From a bacterium (lineage in GTDB: Bacteria > Bacteroidota > Bacteroidia > Bacteroidales > WCHB1-69), in contig CAVIJD010000008.1 of the NCBI GenBank assembly GCA_963643165.1, positions 4,397 through 68,396 on the forward strand: a DNA stretch of 64,000 nt, written 5' to 3'. The notes beneath the pieces are model-generated. The model saw only the letters and a list, made by a program, of their open reading frames with translations. It ran no database searches and was not told where the DNA came from. Positions within the stretch are counted from its first letter, which is position 1; each line of letters starts with the position of its first letter. This document shows positions 49,844 through 58,079 of the stretch, piece after piece. The position numbers were made by a program, and so were the translations under genes.

Positions 49844-50374
49844 TTATTCTGCTGTCTTTTGCTCTTCGGCCAGTTTTTTCACAATCTCATAGACCTCTTT
49901 CTCGCTGCCCGGAGCGTACGAGGTGTGCTGCCAGACGATTTCGCCTTTGCCATTGAGGATGCACATATAAGGCACGTCGTTGACATTCATCGCTCTTTTG
50001 AAGTCGGAGTTGACATCGAGGAGCACGGTATATTCCCAACCTTTGCCGTTCACGAAAGGAGCGACGCGTGCCGAAGTCTTGGCGTCGTCAATAGAGACGG
50101 CATACAGTTTAACGCCGGTTTCTTCCACCCAGTCCTCGTACTCGTCGGCGATGGCGAGGAGTTCAGCGATGCAGGGTTTGCACCATGTAGCCCAGAGGCT
50201 GACGATTACGGGTTTGCCGTCATTGCTGATGTCTGCGGTGTTGAACACCTTGCCGTCGATAGTCTGGATATTCACGGATGGCAGTCCGGCGGCGGGTTTT
50301 TGCGGGTTCTGGTTCTGTGCGCCCAAAGAAAGGCACAGCGTAATTGCTGCTGCAATCAAAAAGATCTTTTTCAT
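49844..50374 (-). CDS. TlpA-like thioredoxin-fold protein
   Basis: GKPVIVSLWATWCKPCIAELLAI. Confidence 0.88.
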   Translation of the reverse strand: MKKIFLIAAAITLCLSLGAQNQNPQKPAAGLPSVNIQTIDGKVFNTADISNDGKPVIVSLWATWCKPCIAELLAIADEYEDWVEETGVKLYAVSIDDAKTSARVAPFVNGKGWEYTVLLDVNSDFKRAMNVNDVPYMCILNGKGEIVWQHTSYAPGSEKEVYEIVKKLAEEQKTAE

Positions 50375-51828
50375 TGTTCTTGATTTTTTATTCTGAAAAG
50401 GGGATTATTGTCTTGTTGTTCTTCTTGGGGATAACGGAGATAGAAAAAGTCGGCGAGTCCATTCCCCGGCGACGGCAGGTCGCGGCTCAGCACTTGTCCG
50501 GCCGGGGCAAGCAGCAGATAGCTCGGCAGCGTCTCGATGTGCTCCGACTGCAGCCAGTCGTAGTTGCCGTTGAAATGCCATATTGGCCACGAAAAGCGCG
50601 ATTTGTATTTTTGGCAGAAGCGGCGGTAGTCTTTGGAGTCCATGTCCACGTCAAGGCTCACAAACTGCACGCGGTCGCCGAAACGTCGGTTGAGTTCTTC
50701 CAACATTTTCATCTCCCGTATGCAATCAACGCAGTCGCTCTGAAACACATGGACAAATACATCCTTGCCGTCTCCGAACTGGCTGAACCGGGCATCCTCC
50801 CCGTTTTCGTCTTTCCAAACGCAATCGACTTTCTCTTTCGGGTCGGGTGCCAGCAGACGCAAGGCATTCTCGGCATAGAGGGCGTGTTCCGGGAAACGGG
50901 TCTCTTGGCGGAGGCTCCGGAGGATGGTCAGGAGATTGGCTCCGTCAAACTCCTCATTGCCGTACAAGTCGATGACATTGCGGATGATAGCCAACTCGCG
51001 CACCCGGTCGGAACGCAGCATGGGGTCACGTCCCAAGCCACTGAAAAGTGCCGTATAGTCGGGCTTGTCGTTGATGGCCGTGCTCAGCAATTCTTTAGGC
51101 ACATACTTTGAATTGTAGAGGTGTCCGGAATAGAAGTTGTTGAACAGCAGCATATAAGCGGGATTGTCGTACAGCACGTCATGGTCAAAGAAGCGTTCAA
51201 ACACCGACTGTCTGTCCTTGGGGAAGCACAGTCTGTCGAGGAGGCCGCAGGTATAATAGACGTACGAAGTATAGAAATTGTCGGCATCGTAATGCACGTC
51301 AAAGTCCTTGTTCAGCAGCATCATGACCGTATCATAGGCGGACTTGTCGCGGTCATAGACCAGTTTGAAGCCGTATTGGTCCATCAGTTCATTGAAATAG
51401 CGGTCAAAGCGGTTGATTTTGTAGTTAAGGTCCGCGGTATCTGTCTCATCAGCGGTCACATATAGGAAGCCGCCGTATCTTTCGGGGTTCACGAAGCCGA
51501 AGAGGGCGGTGTCGGCGGAGACATGGAAGTGGTAAGTGCGCGCGGGCACGATGAACAGTTCGGCTTTGGTGGTCCTAATGGCCAGTTGTGCCGGGCGAAT
51601 GGCGGTGGCGGCATATTGCAGGCTGAAGTGTCCGTCTCCACCTATGGTGCAGGTTGCCACCGTCTTGGGGATGCGGTTGAAGAGGTCCTCAAAAACCACT
51701 AGCCTGATCTCTTCATTCTTTGCAAATGGGGCATCGCCCTCGATGACGACAGGCTTCTGTCCTGCCGCCGCCGCTGCCGTCGTGAGGAGCAGGCACAATG
51801 CTATCCATCTGCAAAACAGGTTGTTCAT
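50371..51828 (-). CDS. Secreted thioredoxin-like protein (degenerate CxxC, DCVDC)
   Basis: DVFVHVFQSDCVDCIREMKMLEELNRRFG; signal peptide; overlaps the downstream tlpA-like gene by 4 nt. Confidence 0.7.
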   Translation of the reverse strand: MNNLFCRWIALCLLLTTAAAAAGQKPVVIEGDAPFAKNEEIRLVVFEDLFNRIPKTVATCTIGGDGHFSLQYAATAIRPAQLAIRTTKAELFIVPARTYHFHVSADTALFGFVNPERYGGFLYVTADETDTADLNYKINRFDRYFNELMDQYGFKLVYDRDKSAYDTVMMLLNKDFDVHYDADNFYTSYVYYTCGLLDRLCFPKDRQSVFERFFDHDVLYDNPAYMLLFNNFYSGHLYNSKYVPKELLSTAINDKPDYTALFSGLGRDPMLRSDRVRELAIIRNVIDLYGNEEFDGANLLTILRSLRQETRFPEHALYAENALRLLAPDPKEKVDCVWKDENGEDARFSQFGDGKDVFVHVFQSDCVDCIREMKMLEELNRRFGDRVQFVSLDVDMDSKDYRRFCQKYKSRFSWPIWHFNGNYDWLQSEHIETLPSYLLLAPAGQVLSRDLPSPGNGLADFFYLRYPQEEQQDNNPLFRIKNQEQ

Positions 51829-51831
51829 CTT

Positions 51832-52299
51832 CTATTCTATTTCAGGGAGTTGGTATGACACATACTGGGAATAGTCGGCGTGCAGCATCCAGAGTTCGCG
51901 CACCAGCGAAGAGGAGACGTGCCGCCACTGCGGTGACGTTGGCACAAACAGCGTTTCCACATCTGACGCCAACTGTCTGTTCACCAGGCAGATTTCCTCC
52001 TCGACCATATAGTCGGAGACATTGCGCAGGCCGCGGAGCATATAGCCGGCATTCACCTTATGGCAGAGTTCGACCGTCAGCCCCTCGTAGGCCATAATTT
52101 CCACCTTAGGTTGTTGGGCATATACGTTGCGGATCCAGTCGAGGCGTTGTTCAACAGAAAAGGCGTCCTGTTTGCGGGCATTGTGACCCACGGCGATGAC
52201 GATCTTGTCGAAAAGAGGCAAGGCTTTCCGTACAACATCTTCATGTCCCTTGGTAAACGGGCAGAACGATCCGGCAAAAACAGCAATCTTATCCATCAT
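51832..52299 (-). CDS. coaD: Pantetheine-phosphate adenylyltransferase
   Basis: AVFAGSFCPFTKGHEDVV; RGLRNVSDYMVE. Confidence 0.92.
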   Translation of the reverse strand: MMDKIAVFAGSFCPFTKGHEDVVRKALPLFDKIVIAVGHNARKQDAFSVEQRLDWIRNVYAQQPKVEIMAYEGLTVELCHKVNAGYMLRGLRNVSDYMVEEEICLVNRQLASDVETLFVPTSPQWRHVSSSLVRELWMLHADYSQYVSYQLPEIE

Positions 52300-52305
52300 C
52301 AGCCG

Positions 52306-52869
52306 TCAGTCGCGAAGGACCGTAAAATTATAGTCATCCAGAAACTTAATCAGGCGCGAGGGTTTATACTCGACCGAGTCGGCGTACGTTTGGGGCACCA
52401 CATAGTCCATCTTGGCCACAATCTCGGGGCTGATGTCCATGAACGTCCTGGGGGTAGGTTGTGCGGCCACGTTCGCGGAAGTGGAGACGATAGGCTTGCC
52501 GAGTGCCTTGATGAGGCGACGGCAGAAATCCTGCTGCACAATGCGGATAGCGATAGTGCCGTCGTCGTGAACCAGTTTTTTAGGCAAGTGCTGGGCGGTA
52601 GGATAGATAAAAGTGGTAGGGCGCGACACGTTGGCGGCGAGGTCCCAGGCAATCAGCGGGATGCGTTCCACATACATCGGCAGTCGTTCTGCCGAGTCGA
52701 GCAAGATAATCATACTCTTCTTCTCGTCGCGCTGTTTGATGCGGTATATTTTAGTCACGGCCTCTTCGTTCGTAGCATCGCAGCCGATGCCCCACACGGT
52801 GTCTGTGGGATAAAGCAGAACCTTACCCTCGCGCAGCAGTGCGGCACATTTCTCTATTTCCTGTTCCAT
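52306..52869 (-). CDS. L-threonylcarbamoyladenylate synthase (Sua5/YciO/YrdC family)
   Basis: Start re-set to MEQEIEKCAALL at 52869; VLLYPTDTVWGIGCDA, KPIVSTSANV. Confidence 0.88.
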   Translation of the reverse strand: MEQEIEKCAALLREGKVLLYPTDTVWGIGCDATNEEAVTKIYRIKQRDEKKSMIILLDSAERLPMYVERIPLIAWDLAANVSRPTTFIYPTAQHLPKKLVHDDGTIAIRIVQQDFCRRLIKALGKPIVSTSANVAAQPTPRTFMDISPEIVAKMDYVVPQTYADSVEYKPSRLIKFLDDYNFTVLRD

Positions 52870-52891
52870 TCTTTTTCGGCTATTAAATATT

Positions 52892-52937
52892 GGCTGCAAA
52901 CATACAAAAAAAATGATTTTTTTGTATGTTTGCAGCC
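52892..52937. promoter_or_regulatory. Palindromic divergent promoter region
   Basis: 21-bp arms GGCTGCAAACATACAAAAAAA / TTTTTTTGTATGTTTGCAGCC with 4-nt centre ATGA; each arm carries a TATGTTTG (-7) box facing outward. Confidence 0.7.
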
Positions 52938-52956
52938 TGTAAAAAAAATCCCGGAT

Positions 52957-53406
52957 ATGAATTTGGAACAACGCATCAATGACGACATTAAAGCGGCCAT
53001 GTTAGCCCGTGAGAAAGAGAAACTGAACGCCTTGCGCGCCGTAAAGTCGGCAATTCTGCTGGCCAAGACCCAAAAAGGCGCGTCTGCCGAGATTGGCGAG
53101 GCAGAGGAAATCAAGTTGTTGAAGCAGCTGGTGAAGCAACGTCAGGACGCGGCCGACACCTACAAGGCACAAAACCGCGACGACCTGTATCAGGAAGAGA
53201 AGGCGCAACTGGACATCATTTCCGCCTATCTGCCCCAGATGATGACAGAAGAGGAGATTGAGGCCGGCCTCAAGAAGATTATGGAAGACAACGGCTTCGC
53301 CGGAATGAAAGACATGGGCAAGATGATGGGCGCCGCCACCCGCGCGTTTGCGGGCAAGGCCGACAACCGCACCGTTTCGGACATCGTGAAGCGACTTCTC
53401 TCCTAA
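52957..53406 (+). CDS. GatB/YqeY domain protein
   Basis: Start MNLEQRINDDIKAAMLAREKEKLNALR at 52957 (the ORF-track start at 52060 is spurious). Confidence 0.85.
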   Translation: MNLEQRINDDIKAAMLAREKEKLNALRAVKSAILLAKTQKGASAEIGEAEEIKLLKQLVKQRQDAADTYKAQNRDDLYQEEKAQLDIISAYLPQMMTEEEIEAGLKKIMEDNGFAGMKDMGKMMGAATRAFAGKADNRTVSDIVKRLLS

Positions 53407-53427
53407 CCCAAGCCAGCAACCAGCCAG

Positions 53428-54564
53428 ATGAAGTACTACATCATAGCCGGCGAGGCGTCGGGCGACCTTCATGCCGCCAACCTGATGAAAGCCCTGAAAG
53501 TGCGCGACCCGCAGGCGGAGTTCCGCTGCTGGGGCGGCGACCTGATGGAAGCCGAGGGCGGCGACTTGGTCAAGCACTACCGCGATCTGGCCTTCATGGG
53601 TTTCTGGGAGGTCTTTGTGCACCTCAACACAATACTCCGCAACATCAAAATCTGCGAGACAGACATCCTGCTTTATGAACCGGACGCCGTCATTCTGGTT
53701 GACTATCCGGGCTTCAACCTGCGCATTGCCCGCTTTGCCAAAGAAAACGGGTTGAAAGTCATCTACTACATCTCGCCGCAGATCTGGGCCTGGAAGAAAG
53801 GGCGCATCCGTCAAATCCGCAAATACGTTGACGAGATGCTCGTCATCCTCCCGTTTGAGCAGGCGTTCTATGCCCGCAACGGCATGGAGGTGCATTATGT
53901 AGGGCATCCGCTGCTGGATGCCGTAAGCGGCGACCTGCGCGAGCAAGAGGCCGTAAAGTCGTTCCGCAGCAGCAACGGCCTTGACGGGCGCGACATCATC
54001 GCGTTGCTGCCCGGCAGCCGCAAGCAGGAGATTGCCGCCATACTGCCCCGCATGCTCAAGGTGGTGCCGTTGTTTCCGCAGTACCAGTTTGTCGTATCGA
54101 CCGTAAACTGGCAGTCTGCCGAACTATACAGCAAATATATAGGCACTTGTGACGTAAAACAGGTTTCCGGCAGTGCCTATCCGCTGCTAGCCAACGCCAA
54201 AGCCGCCATCGTAGCCTCCGGAACCGCCACCCTCGAAACGGCCATGATCGGCACGCCGCAAGTGGTCTGCTATGCCGGCAGCGAACTCTCGTACCTCATC
54301 GCCAAGAACCTCATCTCCGGCATCCGCTTCATTTCCTTGCCGAACCTTATTGCCGACAAGAAAATCGTGAGCGAACTGATACAGCACGACCTCAACACCG
54401 GCACCCTCAAAGAAGAATTGGGCCTTATAACTGAAAACCAGCCTAATATAGACCGCATAAAGGCAGACTACCGGCAGCTGTATGCCCTCTTGGGCAACGG
54501 GTCCGCCTCTGCCAAAGCCGCCGGCGTCATCATAGAAAGCCTGTCAAACACCACAAAAAATTAA
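53428..54564 (+). CDS. lpxB: Lipid-A-disaccharide synthase
   Basis: YIIAGEASGDLHAANL; YYISPQIWAWKKGRI; VHYVGHPLLD; LLPGSRKQEI. Confidence 0.93.
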   Translation: MKYYIIAGEASGDLHAANLMKALKVRDPQAEFRCWGGDLMEAEGGDLVKHYRDLAFMGFWEVFVHLNTILRNIKICETDILLYEPDAVILVDYPGFNLRIARFAKENGLKVIYYISPQIWAWKKGRIRQIRKYVDEMLVILPFEQAFYARNGMEVHYVGHPLLDAVSGDLREQEAVKSFRSSNGLDGRDIIALLPGSRKQEIAAILPRMLKVVPLFPQYQFVVSTVNWQSAELYSKYIGTCDVKQVSGSAYPLLANAKAAIVASGTATLETAMIGTPQVVCYAGSELSYLIAKNLISGIRFISLPNLIADKKIVSELIQHDLNTGTLKEELGLITENQPNIDRIKADYRQLYALLGNGSASAKAAGVIIESLSNTTKN

Positions 54565-54621
54565 ATCCTGTTGCAACACAAAAGCATCCATATCGTTAAA
54601 ACAAAAGCACATCGCCTGAAT

Positions 54622-55068
54622 ATGAAAAAAATCATCATCTTCGCAATCATAACGTTCTCATTCGCAATATGTAATGCCGAACAGTTGTCCTTCCGTACCT
54701 ACGGTGCGGTTTCAACGGCGGCGGCATTGGCATCCGGTGACACGATCCCATTCTTCGTGCCCAATGCTTTCACCCCCAACAGTGACGGCCTCAACGAGAC
54801 CTTCCATCTCAAGTACGAAATAGAGCCGTTTGCCACCTTTTCGTTTTTCCAGATGATGATCTACGACCGTCACGGCAAACTGCTGTTCAAGTCGAACCTC
54901 AACAACCCGATGGCCGAATGGGACGGCACCGACAAGAACGGCGTCGCTTGTCCGGCCGGGGTGTATGTCTGCGTCATCAAATACCGGCTCAGCGGTGCTG
55001 AAGAGAGCGGCACTGTCGGCAAGAACGACTATATGGTATATAAGCACACCATCGCATTGCTCAGATAA
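54622..55068 (+). CDS. T9SS/gliding-motility-associated C-terminal domain protein (short)
   Basis: FVPNAFTPNSDGLNETF...MIYDRHGKLLFKS...WDGTDKNGVACPAGVYV. Confidence 0.8.
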   Translation: MKKIIIFAIITFSFAICNAEQLSFRTYGAVSTAAALASGDTIPFFVPNAFTPNSDGLNETFHLKYEIEPFATFSFFQMMIYDRHGKLLFKSNLNNPMAEWDGTDKNGVACPAGVYVCVIKYRLSGAEESGTVGKNDYMVYKHTIALLR

Positions 55069-55082
55069 TAATTTTCCTAAAA

Positions 55083-57950
55083 ATGAGAGATTCCAAATAC
55101 TTTTCCCTACCCTTTCTTTTTGTAGTGTTGCTCTGCTTCGGTGCAGGCACGCTTCACGCTCAGGACATCATCATGACGAACACCTCCACCGTGGAGAATG
55201 TGGGTGAAGACATCCGTTACTTTTACGACCCCGGCGGCACGGCAACCAACCCCGGACCCAACAACCATCCGCTGGGCTACTTTGACCGCAACATCCGCGA
55301 CACGCTGACGATGAAGACCGAAATGTCGAACAGTTACCTCACCGTGCTGTTCAGCGACTTTGCCATGGGCTACGGCGACACGCTCTACATCTTTGACGGG
55401 CAGAACACCAACGCCGCCCTCATCGGCGTCTACAACTCCGTGCGCTCGCCCGAGCAGGTAAGTTCCACGGGACGCTACCTTACGTTTGTGTTCCATTCCG
55501 ACGACATTGACGACTACGGGATGCTGAGCGAAGGCTGGTCGGCGCAGGCATACGCCACATCGTTCTCTTCTTTGACCGTCCTCATCAGCGACTACGACGG
55601 GTCGCTTTACCAGGGATGCAACACACGCTTCTACGACTCCGGCGGTCCAAACGGCAACATTGCAGCCAACAACGAGCATTACGACATGGAATTCGTGTCG
55701 CCGGCCTCGCACATCAAGATGGAGTTTCAGAGTTTTTCAGTCAACGGACTGATGAAGATATACGACGGGGCAAAGAATGACCCTAACAAACGTCTCATCG
55801 GGCAATTCCACACTTCTACCCTTGATGCCACCACAGGCAACAAGCCGCCCGTGCTTTTCTCGTCCGGCTCCACACTTTACGTTGAATACATCGGCTCAAC
55901 GGGCGACGTGTCCAAATCCGGATGGGAAGCCATCGTCTCCTGTGTGTCAGAACTTTTCGAGACACCTACCGGCACCGCATGCCCGCAGGTGGTCATCTCC
56001 ACCACCGACGCCGAAAACCCGGACGTCATCGACCACCAGTGCGGCATTCCCACCATCCTCTCCGCGGGCATCACCGCCACAGGACGTTATGCCAACGACT
56101 ATACCGTGTCGCAGGTCACCTACGCGCCGCCGTTCGCCTTCAACGCCGGCACCTTGATTGATGCCAACACAGACGACAACTGGATTACCACCAGCGGTGT
56201 AACCCTGCCGTTCACCTTCTCCTTTTTCGGCAAACCCTACACCAAGGCCTACCCAGGCGCCAACGGACTGATTTCATTCTCGCCACAATCGGGCTATTGC
56301 TCCTGGAGTTCCACGAGTTGCCCTACCCATACCAGCACGCCGCCCTACTCCTCGGCGCCTTATCTTTACCGCAACTGCATTTACGGCGTAATGGAAGACA
56401 TCTACCCCGGCCACTATATCAACAACGGCAGCATCCGCTATGGCGTCATGGGGCAGTACCCGTGCCGCACCTTTGTGTTCAACTACGACAATGTGGGACT
56501 TTTCTCCTGCTACTCGCAAGGCAACAACATGTACCAGTCGTACCAGATGGTCATTTACGAAGGCACCAACATCATCGACGTCTTCATCCGCCACCGTGCC
56601 TGCTGCAGCAGTTGGAACAACGGCAACGGCGTGGTGGGTCTGCAGAACACCACCTCCTCGCAGATGGTAGTCGCGCCGGGACGCACCTTTGCCACCAACT
56701 GGACCGCCGACAACGAAGCGTGGCGTTTCACCCCCATCACCCCGTTGGACGAAGATGCCACCATCGAGTGGTTTGAGAACGACATCAACACCCCGAGCAT
56801 CGGCTCCACAAACCGGCTGGTCGTGGACCCCACCACAACCACCCGCTACATTGCCAAATACCATTTCACAAACTCCACTAACACCTCCTTTGACCTGCTG
56901 GACACCATACTCGTGCGCGTCAACATTCCGGAAGTTTCCATTCGGGGCGCACACGTCTGCCCCGGCAAGGAAGTCTCGTTCAATCCTGAAATACAAGAAC
57001 TTGACACCATCGTGCCCGCCTCCTACCATTGGAGCACAGGCGACACTGTGCGAGACCTCACCCTCATAGCGCAAGAGAGCCAAGACTGCATACTCACCAT
57101 CACCTACAACAACAACTGCACCACCACCGACACCGCCAAATTAGTGGTAGAACCATTGGAGCGGCCTAAGATCCACGGTGACAACGAGATCTGCCAAGGC
57201 GAGAGCGTCCGTCTTACGGCCTCGGCCGACACCACCGACTACAACTACATTTGGGAGAACGGGCCCTCCGGCCCCACGCGGCTGGTAGCGCCGACAGACA
57301 CCACAACATACGTCGTCAGGGGTGTGCTGCCCAACGACAACGAATGTTTCAAGACAGACACCTTCACCATCATCGTAAGGCCATTGCCTGAAGTGTCGTT
57401 CACGATGTCCCCGAGCGAAATCACCATGGAACACGGGTACGGCACGCTCTATTGCACCATGACCTGCACCTCAGACTCCACCTGGTGTTGGAACTTCCAC
57501 GACCGTTACGATGCCACGGGCTCCATCATACACGACGTTGCGAACCCCACGCACGACTTCACCCACACGGGCACCTACCCAGTCACGCTCTCCGTCACCA
57601 ACAGCCAGGAGTGTTCCGACTCTGTCACGCAATACGTCACCGTCACGGTGCCCATACACTTCTACATCCCCAATGCTTTCACCCCGAACGGCGACGACTT
57701 GAACAACGTCTTCATCCCCAGTTTTGAAGGCATCGAAATCGAAAAATACCAGATGCTCGTCTATGACCGTCAAGGAAGGTTGGTGTTCAAATCGACCAAC
57801 CCCAACATCGGTTGGGACGGCAACGACATGCTCGGCAACGAATGTCCGCAGGGGGTTTACATCTATTACATCCGGCATTGGACGCAATTAGACAACATCA
57901 ACGGCCCCGGACAGCCGCAAATCACCGGCAACATCACCCTGATACGGTAG
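55083..57950 (+). CDS. Large secreted CUB/PKD-containing protein with gliding-motility-type C-terminal domain
   Basis: FYIPNAFTPNGDDLNNVFIP...YDRQGRLVFKS...WDGNDMLGNECPQGVYIYY. Confidence 0.85.
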   Translation: MRDSKYFSLPFLFVVLLCFGAGTLHAQDIIMTNTSTVENVGEDIRYFYDPGGTATNPGPNNHPLGYFDRNIRDTLTMKTEMSNSYLTVLFSDFAMGYGDTLYIFDGQNTNAALIGVYNSVRSPEQVSSTGRYLTFVFHSDDIDDYGMLSEGWSAQAYATSFSSLTVLISDYDGSLYQGCNTRFYDSGGPNGNIAANNEHYDMEFVSPASHIKMEFQSFSVNGLMKIYDGAKNDPNKRLIGQFHTSTLDATTGNKPPVLFSSGSTLYVEYIGSTGDVSKSGWEAIVSCVSELFETPTGTACPQVVISTTDAENPDVIDHQCGIPTILSAGITATGRYANDYTVSQVTYAPPFAFNAGTLIDANTDDNWITTSGVTLPFTFSFFGKPYTKAYPGANGLISFSPQSGYCSWSSTSCPTHTSTPPYSSAPYLYRNCIYGVMEDIYPGHYINNGSIRYGVMGQYPCRTFVFNYDNVGLFSCYSQGNNMYQSYQMVIYEGTNIIDVFIRHRACCSSWNNGNGVVGLQNTTSSQMVVAPGRTFATNWTADNEAWRFTPITPLDEDATIEWFENDINTPSIGSTNRLVVDPTTTTRYIAKYHFTNSTNTSFDLLDTILVRVNIPEVSIRGAHVCPGKEVSFNPEIQELDTIVPASYHWSTGDTVRDLTLIAQESQDCILTITYNNNCTTTDTAKLVVEPLERPKIHGDNEICQGESVRLTASADTTDYNYIWENGPSGPTRLVAPTDTTTYVVRGVLPNDNECFKTDTFTIIVRPLPEVSFTMSPSEITMEHGYGTLYCTMTCTSDSTWCWNFHDRYDATGSIIHDVANPTHDFTHTGTYPVTLSVTNSQECSDSVTQYVTVTVPIHFYIPNAFTPNGDDLNNVFIPSFEGIEIEKYQMLVYDRQGRLVFKSTNPNIGWDGNDMLGNECPQGVYIYYIRHWTQLDNINGPGQPQITGNITLIR

Positions 57951-58053
57951 CCGGCCATTGACCGAAACGGCACAGACACAACCAAGCGAGGCTATGGGGA
58001 GTTGAGCGCAGACACAACTTCACATAGCCTTGTTTATACATATTCTTTTTTTG

Positions 58054-58061
58054 TACTTTTG
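58054..58061 (+). promoter_or_regulatory. Bacteroidetes -7 box (TACTTTTG) for clpC
   Basis: TAnnTTTG, with a TTG-type -33 element ~21 nt upstream, 18 nt before the clpC start. Confidence 0.6.
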
Positions 58062-58079
58062 CCGCAAATTTCAACGTAA

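Noticed and set aside
52060-52956. N-terminal extension of the YqeY ORF
   Set aside because: Antisense to coaD and the YrdC-family gene and crosses the divergent promoter; real start is 52957.
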